NCBI RefSeq assembly: GCF_003704095.1
Contig: NW_020845743.1
Location: forward strand, 1 to 62,335
DNA from: Pocillopora damicornis
Taxonomy: Eukaryota
DNA: 62,335 nucleotides
Direction of reading: 5' to 3'
The notes under the pieces: model-generated
Told to the model about the DNA's origin: nothing
The model's input: only the letters and a program-made list of their open reading frames with translations
The model's database searches: none
Translations under genes and position numbers: made by a program
In this document: positions 25,114-38,429 of the stretch, piece after piece
Position numbering within the stretch: position 1 is the stretch's first letter
Layout of the letters: each line of letters begins with the position of its first letter

Positions 25114-28100
25114 CTAAACGTCATTGTCCATAGGCTCGCAACTCTCCCCCACCAGGACTCCCTGGGGTGAGCAAATCCAAATATCGCCGGTGTTCTTCTG
25201 CCAGGTCAAAAGTTCCTGGCGTAGCTCTTTAAACACGCTCTGATAGGAGGGTTTGTCGATCAGGTTTTTCAGTTCTTTAGGATCAGTGTTCAAATCATAC
25301 AGTTCCCACTGCGTCCGGTAGTAATACTGATCTAGAGTGCGATACCATCCCGTGGGTACCCCGCGTCGGGTGCGGTTTAAAAGGTCTCCGAACGTGTCGG
25401 ATGTAAAAATGTCCAAGGCGATGGGATATGGCATCTTATACGCCAGGTTATGGACAAGTTTAAGATTCTTCTTTTGAAGAACTCGCATCGGGTAGTACAT
25501 AGTCACCTCGTGCATGTTGTGACTGGCAAAAGCTGTGTCCCATCCGGATGTCGGTTCTTTTTTTAACACCGGCAGTACAGAGTTCCCTGTTAGCTGCACC
25601 TCATTGGGCCCAAAAATCTTATAACTGGGGTACTCGATCCCAAACCAATCCAACACCGTAGGCACTATATCGAGGAGGCTCACCATAGCGTCACTTATCT
25701 GTCCCCAACGTTCAGGAGCAAAAGGGGATGAAACTAGATAAGGCTCTGCCATACCAGGATGATACAGGTTTGTCTTAGCACCAGGAAAAGGGATCCCATT
25801 ATCTGAGCTAAAGATGACGAGAGTGTTCTCTTCAAAGCCTGCCAGGCGAAGTTCCTCTAAGATTAGTCCTATGCCCTGATCAAGACGGCTGATTGTGGTG
25901 TACTGCTTGGCAATCTCTTCCCTTGCTGCTGGGGTGTCTTGTATAAAATATGGGACAACCACCTCCTCAGGGGAGTAGTAGAGGGGCTTCCAGTCAGGGA
26001 TGACTCCCATTCCAGGCTCGCCGTTCCCAAACTTCTCACAAAATGGCCCTACAACAAAATTTTTTTCAGGAAGATACAGGACACAAAAAAATGTCTCTTA
26101 GTTTCATTATCGAGTTCAAAGCTTATAATCTTTCTTGTTCAATTCAGTCAAATGATACTTTCACCATCACTGATCGTGGCAGTATGCAGAGCACGTGTCG
26201 CATCCTCAACCTAATCTTGCCAACTCACATGGCTTGGGCATGATTCTTGCCTCAGTGGGTTAAAAAATACGATCTCATACCAGACCATGTTATTTATTGT
26301 ACCCACTAGCTTTTTTATAAAATGTGAAAAATTGTCCTTGAATTGCTGCCTTGACAGACACATTTTCTACAAAAATATATGTTAATCTCAACCCACTCAG
26401 ATAAACACAAAGCCCTGGACAACGATCACCACAGTGTACGTTTCCCCGCAGTCAAGAATGTGCGTCAGAAGGAAGAGCACTAAAGGGGAAGTTGTGTCAA
26501 AACTCTTTGAGACTTTCTCTGAAATTTTACAAAAGTGGTTGGAAATCTTTGAGTGTCTTCCAATATGACTGAATACCGATCTGCACCAAATAATCTCATG
26601 CTCTAATCTCTAATCTCTTTAAAAAGTTGAAGATCAAGTTCTCACCATCAAAAATTTAACTTAAGACTCACAATATAAAATGTGCACTACTCACCATACT
26701 TATTTCCACTACAACGATGGGGATCAAAAAAACCCATGTACAGAAAGAATGGCCGTGAATCATTTTTTGAGCCTTCAAAAAACTTTCGAGCAAGGTCCTT
26801 CATATGGGTGATGTTGCGGCCACATTGAAGCAGCTGGCAGTTCTCTTCATCAAAAGCAAATTCAAATGGATACACCTATAAAACAATTACTCAAAATGAG
26901 CAGGATTTCATTTATTTAGTACTTCTCCTTATTGTCTGCCATACAGTTCTTTTGAGGTTAGTTCTGAGAATTTGATTATGAATTAACTAATAATCCCCTT
27001 GTTGATATTTTTCTGTAGTCTTGTCACTGCTTGATATTGTATTGATGTTGTGAGGAGAGATTCTGTCTTGGTCACTCGTGGGGTTAAGTTGAATTGTAAT
27101 GGTGTTTCCATTTTGAAACAATTTTGTTACTTGATTGACTAACAAATCTGAGGAGATTAGAGAGTGGGGAACCCTTACATAGAGTAAAATATCTCCAGAT
27201 TACAATTTTACAGAGATAGGCAGCTCAGCAACTAATCAACTTCATGCCATCAGAGATCCCAGCTGTGCTCACCATATCAGGTCCCACATGTTTCTTGCCA
27301 ATGATTCCTGTCCGTACATTTCCCTTTTTTAATATCATAGGAAGGCTCTGGACTTCATCAAATGAGTTGAAGTGATGGTACTGATGGTGGAGGCCGTACA
27401 TACCATTCTGGTGCTGTGGAAGACCTAGAGCCATAACAGAAGTAATTTTTTGAGTTTCTCCAAAACAGTAAGATAATTAAGTTGTGTCTCTTAACCCTTT
27501 AGCCCTTAAGAGTGACAAGCATCTAATTTCTCCTTACAATATCACCCCTGAATCACACATTGAGGTAATGAGAATTACGAAAATGATCAACAAACACTGA
27601 AGTTCTGGATCATTGAGTTAATTCTCCTTGTCAGCACCTGAGGAAATGTATAAAGAACAGTATGGAGAATATGCATACTGGTGTAAAAGACAATCCTTCC
27701 AGCCCAGACAGCCTGAGGTTATCCTGATCTGCATAGCATTAAACCTCTGACTAACAGAATCAATCAATATCTAACTTCTCCCAATAATATCCTTGCATTA
27801 TCTAGCAGACAGGGAATAAAACTATCCCACATAAATTTAACAGAAAAAAGTTGTTATTTTGACCTAACACCAAACTCTCATAAGCAATTGACAAGGAAAT
27901 GTGCAGCAGCTGGAGAGAAAAATTAAAAGTAGACAGTCAAAGACTATACGTGGCTACTGATAAAGCTCAATTTTTATAGCATTGAAAAGAACTAGAGGTC
28001 GTATAATGACACTGGAAAGTAGTGTGGCAGAACATTTGCTTGACATAAAAAAAAAAACAACCACATCCCACACATTTATGAGCATCACCTGTTCCACAAG

Positions 28101-29668
28101 AAGAAGGTGATTCAAGAATATATTGTTGAATTGACATTCAACTAACAATTAAATAGTAACAAATAATAATATTGACTAATAATAATGATAATTTTGTAAT
28201 TTAAAGGGCTAGCTCAAAAGCCTAATGGTTCCCCTATCCTCTGGGCTCCAACAATGATTACCTATGCTTCTTTTAATTTTTCTTGCCAATGATAAATAAT
28301 TTTCCTTTTATATGTAATTCAGTTCCTTTTAATTTTGCTTGCTGATAATAAATAATGTTCCTTTTTTAAAGAGATTCAACTTTTTGAGATTTTTGTTTTA
28401 GACAAATAGGCATTCTGCGTTTTAGGATATTACGTCATTCCGCGTCTTCAGATATTCCGCGATCCACTGTTCCACTGTTCCACTGTTCCACTGTTCCACC
28501 GTTCCTCATTTTATCATTCTGTTGAATAACTAAAATTTAGCGGCTGCTGATTCAAAAGGAACAAAATTTCCTATAAGCTTCCATGATGTGCAGATCACTT
28601 CTATTGATATATTTTTCCCACGAAAAAGTTTCGTTTTAAATTAAGTGTCGGTGGATGCCACTGTGAAATTATTCCCAGATTTTTTGTTACCTTTTGTAGT
28701 CGGCAGGAACTTAAGAGATTACATCATCTGTACAATTCGCTGATTTAGACGGTAAAATGCTCTCTCTTCAAAGAAAAAAATTGTTCTTAGTTTCATAATG
28801 GGCCGTTATCACCTATTAAGATATTTCTGCGAGGAAAAACGTTTGGTTTTTAATCGCGCGTAATGCTCAAAAGATTGTGAGATGTTGAGTTCTCTCCCAC
28901 TAGCGCATTAAGTTTACATCTCTTATAGGAGGCAGTAGCCACAAAAAGCAACTAGCGGCATTGTTTCTTTCCCTGGAAAAGATGCAACTTCACTGCAAGT
29001 GCTTCACACCCTGTAGCATTTCCACAACTAATACAAGATATATTGTGCATGCACCCTTACTAAACAACAGGTAATTTAAATATATTGCATTATTATCGTA
29101 CAATCAGCCAAGTTCCAGATTCCATTCATTATGTTATCAACATTTTGTTTGCAGCTTTGATTGCGACCCATGCTTTTTTTTAAACAGGATCGCTAGTGGT
29201 AAACTGAAAACAGAAACATATCAAAATGAACATGTTTCTGCGGTCCAGGCACAAAAAGGGTCCTTTCTTTAAATTTTGTTTGCGTTCCGTTAGGGCCAAA
29301 GATCATGTGACTTACCTCCTGCACGAAATTGTTCTCGATATGAATTGTATCTCAAGCTACCGCAACACTTTCCTTGCAAAACGAATTTTCTTACCTGTCA
29401 ATATCGTTGACCTACTTGGAGAACAGCTACTAACAGAGGTGAAGCCATTCCTGAAAATCACACTGCGTTTTGCTAATGCATTTATGTTCGGGGTCCTGCA
29501 AACTGTGTTGTTGTAAACTTGAGTTTCGAAGCCGGCATCGTCTCCGATGAAAACTAGAACATTCCTTCTTTTATCAACTTTATCCTCTTTGGAATACGAT
29601 ATAAAAGGCAAAACTAGTAAAATTACACATAAAAAGAACTGTCGATGGTACATTTTTGAGAGATACAT
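25114..29668 (-). CDS. SGSH: N-sulphoglucosamine sulphohydrolase (sulfamidase)
   Basis: Exons 29668-29395, 27424-27273, 26875-26695, 26048-25114 in phase. Signal peptide, formylglycine motif [27 protein letters not shown] and [10 protein letters not shown]. Confidence 0.95.
28463..28506. repeat. (CACTGTTC)n octamer microsatellite
   Basis: About 5 tandem units in SGSH intron 1. Confidence 0.85.
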
Positions 29669-29815
29669 TTACGCGATGTCGCTCGATTGATTGCGTCTTA
29701 ACAAAATGATTGATGCGTGAAACCGGAAGTAAATAGGAAACATTTGAACCGGAAGCGTGGATACATGGCTATGACGTGTCGGTAACGAGGAAAAACCGGC
29801 AAGCCGATCGAAGAC
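29669..29815. promoter_or_regulatory. Bidirectional promoter shared by SGSH and SLC35E1
   Basis: 147 bp between divergent ATGs; two ETS/GABP-type motifs, ACCGGAAGT (29722-29730) and ACCGGAAGC (29748-29756); CpG-rich. Confidence 0.75.
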
Positions 29816-32551
29816 ATGGCCACGAGTTTTGGAGCAGAAGCATTCCGAATAGTTCTTCTGTGCTCGTTATGGTACACGATCAGCTCGACAAACAATGTTA
29901 TCGGGAAGAAGATACTGACAGATTTTCCTTTTCCTGTTACCGTGGCCATGGTTCAAGTCGTCTCAACGGCCCTATATTTGTCGCCAACTCTTCGTGTTTG
30001 GAGTGTTCCCCCTATGAAATCTTTGCCGAAATCGAGTCTTCTGAAACTGATCTTACCACTTTCCTTTGGAAAGGCTTTTGCTGCGATAACGGCACATGTC
30101 AGCATATGGAAAGTACCTGTCTCGTATTCTCACACGGGTAGGTTGATAAAAAAAAAAACAACAATAATTTTACAAAGATAGGTTCTTATTATTTTAATAA
30201 ACATCGGAGAAGAACTGCTTCAGGACTAATTGATTGATCAGAAAGCTTCAAGCAATTTTAAAAAAAAAGTTAAAATTTGTTACTCATTCTCAGAGTTTAT
30301 CTTAAGCACGTTCTCTGTGATTATCAGCCGTTCAAATCTACAGGCAATTTATTCGATTTATGTTGTTGACCCGTGGAAGTGCATATTATGATACAAATCA
30401 GGCAACTCGTGGCGTTTTGGTTTCCACTCTGCGACGCGACGTCATTGAATTAGAGGAACAGCTGTGCTAATGCTGACACTCGATCTCAATGATTTCAGTT
30501 TTATCGGCGTTAGTTGTTTTATCTTGATAAATTAACGTAAAACAGCCTGTTCAGCAAGGGTTATCACGAATGATTATGGATTGGTATTGAAACACAACTG
30601 AAGGTAATCCCGTATCCAAGAAGCGAGGAAAACGAGTTTCTGTCGTGATTCGCCATCAAAGCTTCTGGATCATTATTTTTTTCTCACGACCTTGATGCAT
30701 GAATGGTTTAGCAGTGTTACTGTTAGGAGTAATTAGATGCTGGTCACTCTTACGGTTCATAGTGTTAACTCCGCAATGAAGGTGGCACATCAGAAAAGAC
30801 GGTTGTTGCAAAGTAGTGTGATACCAAGTGACACCTCAATCTTTTTATTTTTTTGTGTTAGGGTTTTTTTTTGTCTCTGATTTGGAAACATTAAAATCAC
30901 AGAGAGATCACACTACTTTTACTCAAAGGGTACAGAATTCTTTCAAAAAAATTTTGTTTTTCTTGTTTTTTTTCAGGAAGAATATTATTCCTTTCCTGAT
31001 GTGTTGTCCATCAGTTGTCATTTGTAGCTTTTTTTTTCATTTTAATTTCTTTCAAAAGAATGTCTAAGGTGGCTTAGCTCCCTTCGATTGTTCATTTTTT
31101 AAACATTTTTTTAAAATTTAAATGCATATTTTCTTTTCTTTTTTTCATGAATTTTCATGGATACCACACTCAAGTTAAGGTAAGTTCAATTCACACTTAG
31201 GACAGATTTATTTTCGGAATATTTTAATACGGAGAAAGTGACACCTGGGGTGGTCACCTCAGAGGTTCTGACAAGGAGAATTTGTTTAACAATCAAGAGT
31301 TTCTTTAGTTGGTGATCATTTTCTCATGACCTTAATATTTGATTTAGGGATGGTCTGGTCAGGAGAAAGTCACCTTTAGGGGTGAAAGAGATTTTTGGAA
31401 GAAACCCTATAACTCTAACACTATGATGTATATAGTAATCTTGTGGGAAGTTTCAGAAAATTCCTCTTGGTATTTCCACACTTTTCTTTGTTATAAATTT
31501 TAACCTTACATTTTTGTTTCTATGGGGATCCCAATCATAATCAACTATTTATTATTTCCATTTGATATTGGTGATGTGTCATCAAAAATAACATCAGGTT
31601 CTTTTACTGCTCTAAGTTGCTCTCAACTGCTTTTCAAAGTCTTTAGTTGTTCAACTGTGGATCAAAAGGAAGTTTAATATAAAGATACCTGGAGCACTGA
31701 AATACTTAGAGTCCATGGTAGATGTATTTGCAATTCAGATCAACAGACAAGTTAAGTTAGGGAAATTAAAAATATGATTGTCAATATTATTATTCCCAGT
31801 GGGATCAATTATAGCTTACAATCTTGCTCAAAAGAACCATTAAAAATTTTGCTCATATCTTTTTACAGGCAACAATGCCAGTCTTCACAGTTATTCTATC
31901 AAGAGTAATTTTAGGAGAAACGCAATCAGGAGCGGTAAGTTTATGCTAATCTTTCATTGTTATGCAGACAAGTATAATAATAAATATCGTTTATTTAATT
32001 CTTTCCAAACATATTTGGTTTAAAACTCCATTGAACTGGGGTATCTCAAAACTGGCAACCATCCAACTCCCCTCTCCCCTGTTTTCTGTTCTCTTGTTAG
32101 TCTGTCTAACTTAGGTTTTTTTTCTTCTTTCCTTTTTTCAATTTTAATTGTGAGATGTTGTGTCTGATGAAAAAAAAAAACTCCTAAATGATATTCTTCT
32201 TCATTCTAATTGCCTCTCTGCTGGATAGTGTATTGATGTTGTAAAGAGATGTTATTTCTTCATCTTTCCTTGGGGTTTAAGTCTGGTTAACACTTGTACA
32301 TGTAGATGGATCGTGTTTGTGATAAATCATGATTTGTTTTGTAATTTGCTATGTTCATGAATTCATTCTGGTCATCATGTTCGCTACTGACAGTTGTTTG
32401 GTGCACTTATTAGGTTTACTGTTCACTGATTCCCATTGTTGGTGGAGTCATGATTGCCACAGCCACGGAATTATCTTTTGACATGGTTGGTCTTCTTAGT
32501 GCCCTGTTAGCAACCTTTACTTTTGCTGTACAGAATATTTTTACTAAAAAG
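29816..32551 (+). CDS. SLC35E1: Solute carrier family 35 member E1, 5' exons
   Basis: Exons 29816-30137, 31175-31179 (5-nt microexon, inferred), 31869-31934, 32414-32551 give [26 protein letters not shown]...[23 protein letters not shown]...QNIFTKK. The gene is then broken by the gap at 32568-32667. Confidence 0.9.
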
Positions 32552-32667
32552 GTAAGCACTGCCTCTCNNNNNNNNNNNNNNNNNNNNNNNNNNNNNNNNN
32601 NNNNNNNNNNNNNNNNNNNNNNNNNNNNNNNNNNNNNNNNNNNNNNNNNNNNNNNNNNNNNNNNNNN

Positions 32668-33373
32668 CAGTTCTGAATTCTGTGGCCGAGCGCCATAAAC
32701 TGCCAAATAGACCAAGGTAAAGTTTTGTGAACTATCGGGCATTTCAATTATGTTACATATGACCACAATTAGATTATAAGCAGTCCCTGCTTTTCGGCCA
32801 ATGGGAAAAAAAATTGATCATTTAGAGTGCCTCGCGGAACTCGGGGAGCAAGGCGCACGTACTTTTATACTCAATGAGTAAGGGAACATGGATGGTTTCA
32901 GAGGTTGACTTTGACAAGAATTGACATTCGGCCGCAGCAGTCTGGGACGAGAATGCTTCTGCAAGAATATTTTCCTTTGGGTTATTTTTTTTTGGCATTA
33001 AATAATCTCATCACCTTGAAATTTGTCTTTTGTCTATTATATTTTCGTGTGTGTTGAGTCACACTACGGGAGAGACGCGCGAAAAGCAGATAACATGCGG
33101 GGCAGAATCGCGTAAGGGAAGAAACGCGTGAGGCGAGAAACGTGGGAAAGTAGGACTGCGATAAAAAAATTATGGCGGTCTCTCTTTCTCCCCCCTCCCT
33201 CGCGTTTGTCTCGTCCTGAAGGCTCCTTTTACGCTTGTCACCTTATCATATGATGTAATTTAACCTGTGTCTAATCTCCTCTTCTGTTTCGCGTTTACAG
33301 AAAATGCCCTGAAACCAGGATCGATTTTGCCGATGTTGACAACTTTTATAATCTTCCGGAGACGGAAGTGTAA
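32668..33373 (+). CDS. Orphan last two exons of a gene ending ...YNLPETEV* (candidate C9orf72 or SLC6 C-terminus)
   Basis: 32668-32716 (VLNSVAERHKLPNRP, AG|GTAAAG) splices in phase to 33301-33373 (RKCPETRIDFADVDNFYNLPETEV*) after a polypyrimidine tract and CAG. Confidence 0.5.
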
Positions 33374-34644
33374 ATTCTGGCTTAATCGAAATTTGATGTA
33401 ATGTTACTCATTTGTAAATTGTTTGTCGCGCCCGTAAAAATAATCTTAATAATCTTTTTTTTTTTCTTGATGAGTCATTACTTCTTTTATTCAGCTTGAA
33501 CGGATGAAACTGTTACACAAAATGAAAGAAATAAACCAAAAAAAAAAAGAACGAAAAAAGAAAAAAAAGAGACATTGTGAAGTGCTTAAAAAATACTACT
33601 GTCTTTGTTTGCAAAACTGGGAGGAACAGATAAAAAAAAAAAACATTTATGAAAATCATAAAAAAAGTAAGCACGAGCTGTTGTGGAAAGCTTTAAAACA
33701 GAAAAAGGCGATAAAGAAAAAAAAATGATAAAATGAAAAATAAGCAACAATAATTAAGAGAGAAATGTTCTTTGCAATAAGATATTTTTTTAACACAAAA
33801 TAGGACACAGTATAGAAACTAGCACAATACGTTGTATTTTTTTAATCAAAGCGTCCTCTTGTTCATTTTCGATTCCTCCTGTTTTACTGTTCTTGTGGTT
33901 ATTGTTCTCTTGAAGCTTCAAAATAAAGAATTTACAAAACACTGAAAAAACAGAAAACGTTTCATTTGTTTTGATTGCTACTAGCCATACAAATTTGTGT
34001 GAGCTTTTAGTCCGTGGTTGAAAACTGAAGGTGAAGTCAACAGAGAGATTACCAGCACTGAAGCTTACAGTAAGTACTGTGGGCGGTTTGCGGACCGGAT
34101 TTTGACATGTGCGTCACGTGATCACATGTAAGGACAGTCAATCAAGCCCACACTTCGCGATCCATCAGAAGGTCATTTCGGGTCGATTACGAGCTTGCCC
34201 GTAGACGTCTTCGTGATTGGGGCTCAAATTAACATCTTAGACTTGCAAAGTATAATAGAAAGGGACACACTTCATTTCCGCTCATGAATTTGAAGGAGTG
34301 TCAGGGTATTTTCTCTTCGTTCGGTTCGTTAATGGGAAATTGAGGCAGAAGCTTTCCAAATTTCAAGGTTCGTTTATTTATGTTTACACACGAACCAGTG
34401 TGAACTCAGGGGAAACACCTGTCAACTGCGCAAGTGCGGGAAAAAAAGGAAGAAAAGTTGTGATAAGTTTTAATCTTGCTCCTGAATTGGTTGAAATGAT
34501 GGCACGAGGTTCTTATACCAATCACACTTAGCAGTTACCTTTTCTTAAAAAAAAAACAACAACAACAAATTTTGAAGATTTTCGATTGACGCTGATTTAA
34601 CTTCAAGCTATGATTGGCTGCTTGTCATATTTCATTTCCTAACG

Positions 34645-34760
34645 TTGACGTTTCGAGCGTTAGCCCTTCGTTAGAACGAAGGGCTAACGCTCGAATTGTC
34701 AGCTTTGAAACAGTCTATGGTGGCAAATTTACATTATCAACCCAGTTGATAAAACCAATA
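34645..34760. repeat. Penelope-type palindromic repeat with a perfect 21-bp hairpin
   Basis: TTCGAGCGTTAGCCCTTCGTT (34652-34672), AG loop, AACGAAGGGCTAACGCTCGAA (34675-34695). Same family at about 1130-1300, 8085-8230, 48110-48270, 53385-53640 and 55845-55945. Confidence 0.75.
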
Positions 34761-35605
34761 CCCCAATTTATTTTCTCTAAAAACACCCCCTTTAAATACA
34801 TCTTTTAGTTTGGTCATCGACCGTCTAAAGACTCTAAATCGAAAAGCGCTCCGGCTGTAAATTCAACAATGTTCGTTACTAAAATTCGCCTCAAACATAG
34901 ATTTGTTTGACGCCCGTTGGGTTTAAAAGCGTGACGACTTTGTAAAGGTGTAATATAAATATAAATTTACAGATATATATATTATTTATGTGTTTCTACG
35001 TTCTAAACCTTTGTATCTTCTTATATTTTCCCTCCTCAAGAAGGTTTAAAGATTATTAACAATTATCCCATGGTGAGCTTGATAACGTATAAATTAAAGT
35101 TACATTGATGGCTCTTCATCAGAAATGGTAAATTCCACAGAATTGCTCTCTGTATTCAAATTGTGTGATGCATTTAACAGCTTCTGTTTTGCTTTCTTCG
35201 CATGCGTCTCTTACCTTCTTCAAATGCTTTCTTGTCAGGGTTGAAACGAGGTCAAGAGATTTAAAAACCTCATTTCACATTTGAAAGACTTCGTAAAAGT
35301 TTTTCTTGAAGAACACTATTTAGTTATCACGTTTTTTCTACAGAAGATGAAGTCGTAATAGAGCTGTTAAACTCCTAAATAATTATTTCTGTTGTGATAA
35401 GTAAGGAGATTTCACCAAACGATCTCTTCGAAAGCTGCAAGAAATGACCTCCTCAGCGCTGATTCCCTCCAATTTCTCATCAGATACGAAAGACGTATGA
35501 ATGCAAAAGAACTGCCAGCAGTATCTTTACCTCATTTCCACAACAGAAACGATAACCTTGCCCATCGTATACAAACCCAAGCGTTGAGTCGGTGCCTTGA
35601 AGAAC

Positions 35606-36338
35606 TTATACAAGATGATAACTTTTATGATTGTTCGTGACATTATTCGAATGTGAGGCGTGTTTCTTGTGTGTCGGTAGTTCGTGTTTTCTGCGGTTGG
35701 CGTCGTATTTTGCCTGCAAGTAAAAATTATGATTGATATTTGCAACAGATGACTTATACAGCTGTGCGTGAGGTTTAAGTTTTTCAAAAACCATTAAAAA
35801 AATACAGAATTTCCAAGATCCGCTCTCTACTCCAATCTGTCGAAACAAATCTCGAGTGCGCGTTTTAATGGCTTCGTACGAGCCAGGATGTTTCACTTTT
35901 ATGTATGTTCCTCATACTGTTCTTTATAAATTTCCTAAGGAGCTTACCAGAAGAATTTGTTTAATAATCAAGAGCTGTTTAGAACGTGATCATTTCCTTC
36001 ATTCTCGTGACCTTAAAGTGTGATTCAAGGCTGATATTGTAAGGAGAAATTAAACGCTAGTCGCTCTCTGTGTCTGACTCACCAAACAGTAATCGTTGAT
36101 AATAAAACTCACCTTGTTGTATAGAAATACTCCAAAAATGGCAGCTAACATCCCCACTCCGTTATACAAACTGACGGGATTTCGCAGGAACATTATAGAC
36201 ACTGTAATTACTAAAATCCTTTTAGTGGCGGAAGCCACTGCATAACTTAGTGGAGTCACTAAAGATAACACTGTAAAAGCCACCATATTCTGGGCAAAAT
36301 TTAAAAATCCATTTATCGTTAAGATTACCAACAGCCAT
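35606..36338 (-). CDS. SLC35E1: SLC35E1 3' exons on an inverted contig
   Basis: 36338-36113 encodes [32 protein letters not shown]...GVFLYNK; 35713-35606 encodes AKYDANRR...YHLV*. Both match the SLC35E1 C-terminal half. Confidence 0.88.
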
Positions 36339-36615
36339 NNNNNNNNNNNNNNNNNNNNNNNNNNNNNNNNNNNNNNNNNNNNNNNNNNNNNNNNNNNNNN
36401 NNNNNNNNNNNNNNNNNNNNNNNNNNNNNNNNNNNNNNACAAGTTAAATGACTCACTGACTGATTGACTGACTGACTGAAACTGACCAAATAAGTGACTC
36501 CATAAGTGTATGACTCTCTGACTCACTTATGCTTTGACTAACTGTGGAACTCATTAAAAACTTAATTCACTATACAGTGTTAAAATCATAACTTATTAAC
36601 GTTTTCAATATTTAG

Positions 36616-37723
36616 TTTGTGTTTACAGAGACAACGATTCGAGCGGTGATGGACACCTTCGTCAAACTTCGTCCTTATAAGGGACGATGCCTCTTCTGCC
36701 TGTGTGTTATTTCATATCTTATTGGGCTCTCTTGTGTCACTAAGGTAAATCAATTAATAATGGTAATAGGACCAAGTGGTGTCCAATTCGGTCTGGAATC
36801 ATATGAGTGATCACAAAATCGGACGAACGCGAAGCGCGGGTCAGATTTGTTAATTAATTATGAGTATGATTCCAGATAGAATTGGACATCACAAAGTCCT
36901 GTTACCAATAAATCATAACCATTACAATTTCCGGAAAAAAAAAACTCATTTATTTTAGAAAATATCTCCGGTGAAGACATTGTCTAAAGTAAGAAATTCC
37001 TCGTTTTGGAATTCCTCCAGGTTTGTAGTGTAAGTGGTTGGTGCTATAGGTGTTGTAATCAACTCAGTGATTGGTGGATTAGCTGAGTCGACTTAGTATT
37101 ATTGGCTCCTTCGACTGTCCGATTACAGGTGTCCGATAACGGCCAACTTTCCGAAATTACTCCGTTCGATTACAACTCTGCAGAATAGTTAGTTAAATAT
37201 AAAGTAGCTTATGCACCAATCGCATTTGTGAAAATTGTAATTGTAATGATTAAATGACAAATGGGCCCTATGGATCTTGACATTTTTATTGAAAACAAAA
37301 AGTTAATTAGTGCGCTTATTTGAAGATTCTCATGATTCGTTGCTGATTTAAAATGACCAAAATTGGAAATTATTTAGAAGAGATCATCTTTCAAGAGGTG
37401 GAATAATTTAATTTCCTTTTTTTATTTCCTATCAGGGAGGAATCTATGTCCTTAACATATTTGACAGCCAAAGTGGAGGCATTTCTTTGATTTGTGTGGT
37501 TGTTCTCGAAGCTGTTGCTGTCAGTTGGGGATATGGTGAGTTCTCTCATCAGAGCAGCAGTGCTTAAAAAAATTTTACCTAGTTACTGACGAGAAGCTAA
37601 AGATTTTCACATTTTCTTTTTAAAGGAGTTGATAAATTCTCAGATAATATCAAGGATATGATTGGAAGGAAACCCAGCAAGTACTTTGTCATCTGCTGGA
37701 AATACGTCACACCTCTTGTTGCA
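36616..37723 (+). CDS. SLC6 Na+/Cl- dependent transporter, internal exons (TM8-TM11)
   Basis: Exons 36616-36744 ([15 protein letters not shown]...LIGLSCVTK), 37436-37535 (GGIYVLNIFDSQSGG...EAVAVSWGYG), 37626-37723 (VDKFSDNIKDMIGRKPSKYFVICWKYVTP); gaps on both sides. Confidence 0.88.
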
Positions 37724-37856
37724 ANNNNNNNNNNNNNNNNNNNNNNNNNNNNNNNNNNNNNNNNNNNNNNNNNNNNNNNNNNNNNNNNNNNNNNNNNNNN
37801 NNNNNNNNNNNNNNNNNNNNNNNNTGTAAAATAATTGAGCAAAATCCCTCACATAC

Positions 37857-38313
37857 CAGGGCATGAAATTAATTTTTTTTTTGATAGTCACTTGGCTCCT
37901 AAATTTTTCAAAGTGGTAGCCAATTCGAAAAAAATTGGTCACCATTTTTAAAGACAAACAAAACCATTTTTTTATGCTGTCAGCGTCCTAGATAGAACCT
38001 CCAAAAGGAAGTTAGGAAAAAGATCTTTTACTTGCCACAAAGGATGGATGATACACAACATTTAAGCTTACCTAAATCCAAGATGGCATCTAGTCATCAA
38101 TCGAGATGTATGTGCTGCATTTTGGAAACAAACTTAACAAGGAAGTTTGCCGCAGATTTATTTTTGAAAATCTTTTTAACTCACTATATCTCTAGGTAAG
38201 GTTATGATGAAGCATTCTAGTCAACAATCTGGTGACTAATTTTCAGGATTTGGTTGCCAAAGAGAAAAGTTTAGTCGCATTGGTGCCTGTATTAGGTGCA
38301 ATTTCATGCCCTG
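37857..38313. mobile_element. Non-autonomous DNA element with perfect 14-bp TIRs
   Basis: CAGGGCATGAAATT (37857-37870) and AATTTCATGCCCTG (38300-38313). Confidence 0.75.
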
Positions 38314-38429
38314 CACACAGCAGATGGTATGATGATAGTCAAGAAATTGTTATGGAAACCTTACTACATGTACATGTAAGTGTGTTTTACTAAAAGAAAA
38401 GACAAACATGCCCAATTTTTATTTTCTTT

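Noticed and set aside
33504-33728. Lys-rich ORF
   Set aside because: Translation of A-rich low-complexity UTR or intergenic sequence.
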